Assembly: GCA_002633005.1 (NCBI GenBank)
Contig: NMRA01000535.1
Location: 198,985 to 262,984, forward strand
Direction of reading: 5' to 3'
DNA: 64,000 nt
Source: Phoronis australis
Lineage: Eukaryota > Animalia > Phoronida
Every line of letters starts with the position of its first letter. Position 1 is the first letter of the stretch. The position numbers were made by a program, and so were the translations under genes. Shown here piece by piece: positions 61,081 through 64,000 of the stretch. The notes beneath the pieces are model-generated. The model did no database searches. It was not told where the DNA came from and saw only the letters and a list, made by a program, of their open reading frames with translations.

Positions 61081-61496
61081 GCGCCGCGCTCTCTTTCCTG
61101 GTAAAAACCGCTCAGAATGACGAACGGTGAAGCTTCCGCATAACCTTAGAAATGCGTGACTTGTAAGCGTGTTATTTACGGTATGGCAAACCCCGGAAAT
61201 TGGTTTTCTGATATGAATTTTTTTAAAAAAGTAACACATTTCACATTTTCAGGATGGACTTGAGCTGCCCTCACCTCGTCAAAAACTTACTAGGTAGTGA
61301 CCGCCCATCCTCCCTTGTATATTGTCCTTTTATCTCGTCAGTGTGCCTGTCCGGAAAAGTGGCTTCGAGGACTTATTTATTACAGGTTCCAAGTTGGAAC
61401 CCGAGCTCCCTTATTTATATATGTGTGTGTGTGTGTGTGTGCCGTGTGTGTGTGTGTGTGTGGAAATTAGAGTCATCACTCAACAGTAAGTCTTTG

Positions 61497-61530
<34 letters not shown>

Positions 61531-61599
61531 GTTTATATGCAGATGTGGGGTTATTATGTGAAACCTTGAAGTGGGGTAAAATTTTGAGACCTTGTTCCG

Positions 61600-61870
61600 G
61601 GGTATATATAAAATATATAGCCCGCAACTATATATGCCCCATTGGGTATATGCCCCGGAACAATATATATCCCGCAACTATATATACCTCACTAGGTATA
61701 TGCCCCAGTACAATATATAGCCCGCAAGTATATATGTCCCGTTAGGTGTATACAATATATAGCCTGCAACTTTATATGTCCCATTAGATATATGCCCCAC
61801 TACATTATATATCCCGGTTTTCCACTGTTCTTACAATCCACCCAATATACAAGCCCCGCAACTACATGTA
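61600..61870. repeat. Degenerate ~45-50-bp tandem repeat (TATATAGCCCGCAACTATATATGCCCC...), possibly a transposon subterminal array
   Basis: Five to six degenerate units. Confidence 0.7.
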
Positions 61871-63580
61871 TGTATGTGTCACATTCGGTTAAAGTCTTTC
61901 TGTGCCAAAATACACTCCTCCAAAGACCACTTTAATATCATGTATGCGTCTATAACAGATTTCATCACTTTCAAACTTAGAAATGTATGATGCTTTTATC
62001 TGTTTATTATTCTGAAACGTGAGCAGATGACACTATCTGTGTCAGGTTCTACGGTATAAGTTGATACCTTTGATAAAAATACACTTCAACAAATACGTTG
62101 ACACCATTGTGAATGACATTCTTGCTCAATTCGCCAACAAAAACTCTCACAGATGAACATTTAACCATTTATTGATCTTGCACATAGTGAACTATGAATA
62201 CCCAAATTATCTTTAAAATCAAGTGTTGGGCACCAAAAATAGAGGGTACATATACATCCATAGGAACAATGCTTGTGATATGCATGTACAGTTTCATCCT
62301 GCACATCTTGGCAGACTTCCAGTCACCACAATTATAGAATCCGACCATTTTAGTAACAATTACCACTAAAAATGTAATAAAAGAAAATTTGACAGTGTTA
62401 GATTAAATGGTATTTGCTTTCTTCACACAAAACCTCTTATGCATAGTGACTACAATTCTCAATAACTGAAAGCAGTTATTTTTAAAGATGTTTAAACTGC
62501 AAAACCTGCAATGCCATTTGCCTGTATTGTCTAATTAACAAAACTCAGGTTCTAAAAGGCTGTGGTGGAAGTGATGATGGTGATGTTGAAGACACTAAGG
62601 AACGAAGGTGACACTTTACAGCTTAAGACACAAAAAACATAATTAAATTATTCATTGTCACTACCATTAGTAAGGGCAGGTCCTGGTAACTCGCTACGCC
62701 ATTAACAAATGTCCTGCTATCATCACTTTGAGCATCACAAACAGATCCCAATGACTCTTTTACCACCTCGATGGAAACTGTCGTATTGTCATCATCAGTC
62801 TCAGCATCATGGCATAGCTTGGAAAATTTCCCTTTATCTCAAAAGTTTCCAGACTTCATACTCTTGATGACATCAATTCAGTATATTGCCTGAAAATACA
62901 ATTGAAGTTTTTAAACATACATTTTGCTATGATAAAAGTTTGGAGATTGGGCAGGATGTTCTTTTTCATAATAAATGCATAAATTGTGAAAGCTCTCATA
63001 AACAGCTTTTGTTACAGTGTCTAAGACTTAATTTTAGGGAATTACAGGCATTTTTTGTATATTGCATTAAACTTAGGCCTGACAGTTAGTTTCATATTTT
63101 TACACTTTTCACAATTTACTTAGAATAGAACTGTTATCATTTGTCAGGTATCCTTGCACACATTGCAAAAGCTATCATTCCTGTGAGGTATATATTTAGT
63201 TATGGAATCTTTAGTTATACTTTACGCGTATGTCTTGTTCATATGGTGAATATTTGTCACCAGTGGAGCATGTATTCGGCTATGAGGTTTGCACATTAGA
63301 GCAACCATTTTTGTTGTCGCACTAAGGATTGGATATAACACTGGAGCTTCAGACTATAGACATGGAGTACATTCCTACGAAAATACACTATTTTACACAA
63401 ACAATAATATAACATTGACAATTATAATAATAACAATACTTTTGTGATTTCTTTGTAGTTCAAATCTGTTAGGTGTGTCTCTTTTAGCATCCCTGCAGGT
63501 CGATAGTACAAAGAAGAGTTATTCGGAAAGACGTTTTAGGAGCAGTGGCCTTTTTATAGGTTTTTGATCTCAAGACCAAA

Positions 63581-63760
63581 GGACCTTTATTCTAAAGAGT
63601 GTTAACCTGAGAAAATGAGCTTTGTTTGTTTGTGAAAATTTGATTTCACTTAAAAAGGAAACTAAACCATGGACCTTTATTCTAAAGAGTGTTAACCTGA
63701 GAAAATGAGCTTTGTTTGTTTGTGAAAATTTGATTTCACTTAAAAGGAAACTAAACCATG
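63581..63760. repeat. ~90-bp tandem duplication
   Basis: GGACCTTTATTCTAAAGAG... repeated at 63581 and 63671. Confidence 0.9.
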
Positions 63761-64000
63761 TTTTAATGATTTCAACGAATCCTGCTCCTGCCATCTGCTC
63801 ATGCCTCATTGGCATCAATCTTGAAAGAGCTGGAAGTACTAAAAACGTGCACCCCTATCTCGCCTTTTGGTCCTTGGTGGGTGGTCTTTTCACACAGTTG
63901 CCATGAAATTCTCTAAAGCGTAGTCGCGCTTGGCCGTTTAGCTGACTTTTAAGAGTTTCAAAATTTTCCGAACTTTTCAGAGTTGTCGAGAGTTACAGGC

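Noticed and set aside
62040-63400. Exon-like minus-strand segments with acceptor-like sites
   Set aside because: Stops in every frame I tried and no recognisable family

Overview
This is eukaryotic (animal) genomic DNA from a draft assembly, with one ~400-nt N gap and several single-N joins. The repeat types suggest a marine invertebrate, probably a lophotrochozoan (inference). Positions 712-45163 on the minus strand hold a WDR19/IFT144 (IFT-A core subunit) gene. I reconstructed 29 coding exons, all with GT-AG boundaries and consistent phases, totalling 3716 nt (~1238 codons); the C-terminal exons lie beyond position 1. Head-to-head with it, 720 nt separating the two ATGs, is a BOK-like Bcl-2 family gene whose CDS is a single exon (45884-46528). 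A tRNA-Leu(AAG) gene lies at 57243-57324 (-). The introns and the right-hand intergenic region contain a decayed L1/Tx1-type LINE, an Academ transposon relic with intact TIRs/TSD, several non-autonomous DNA transposons (5-bp-TSD hAT5-like, TA-TSD mariner/pogo-like, TTA-TSD Harbinger-like, Kolobok-like), Helentron-derived HINE-like repeats and many minisatellites. The most interesting observations are the shared WDR19/BOK promoter, tandem repeats seeded at splice junctions, internal modules shared between transposons with different termini, and inverted transposon copies flanking six WDR19 exons. I found no clearly new biological system; the candidates are reported as hypotheses.
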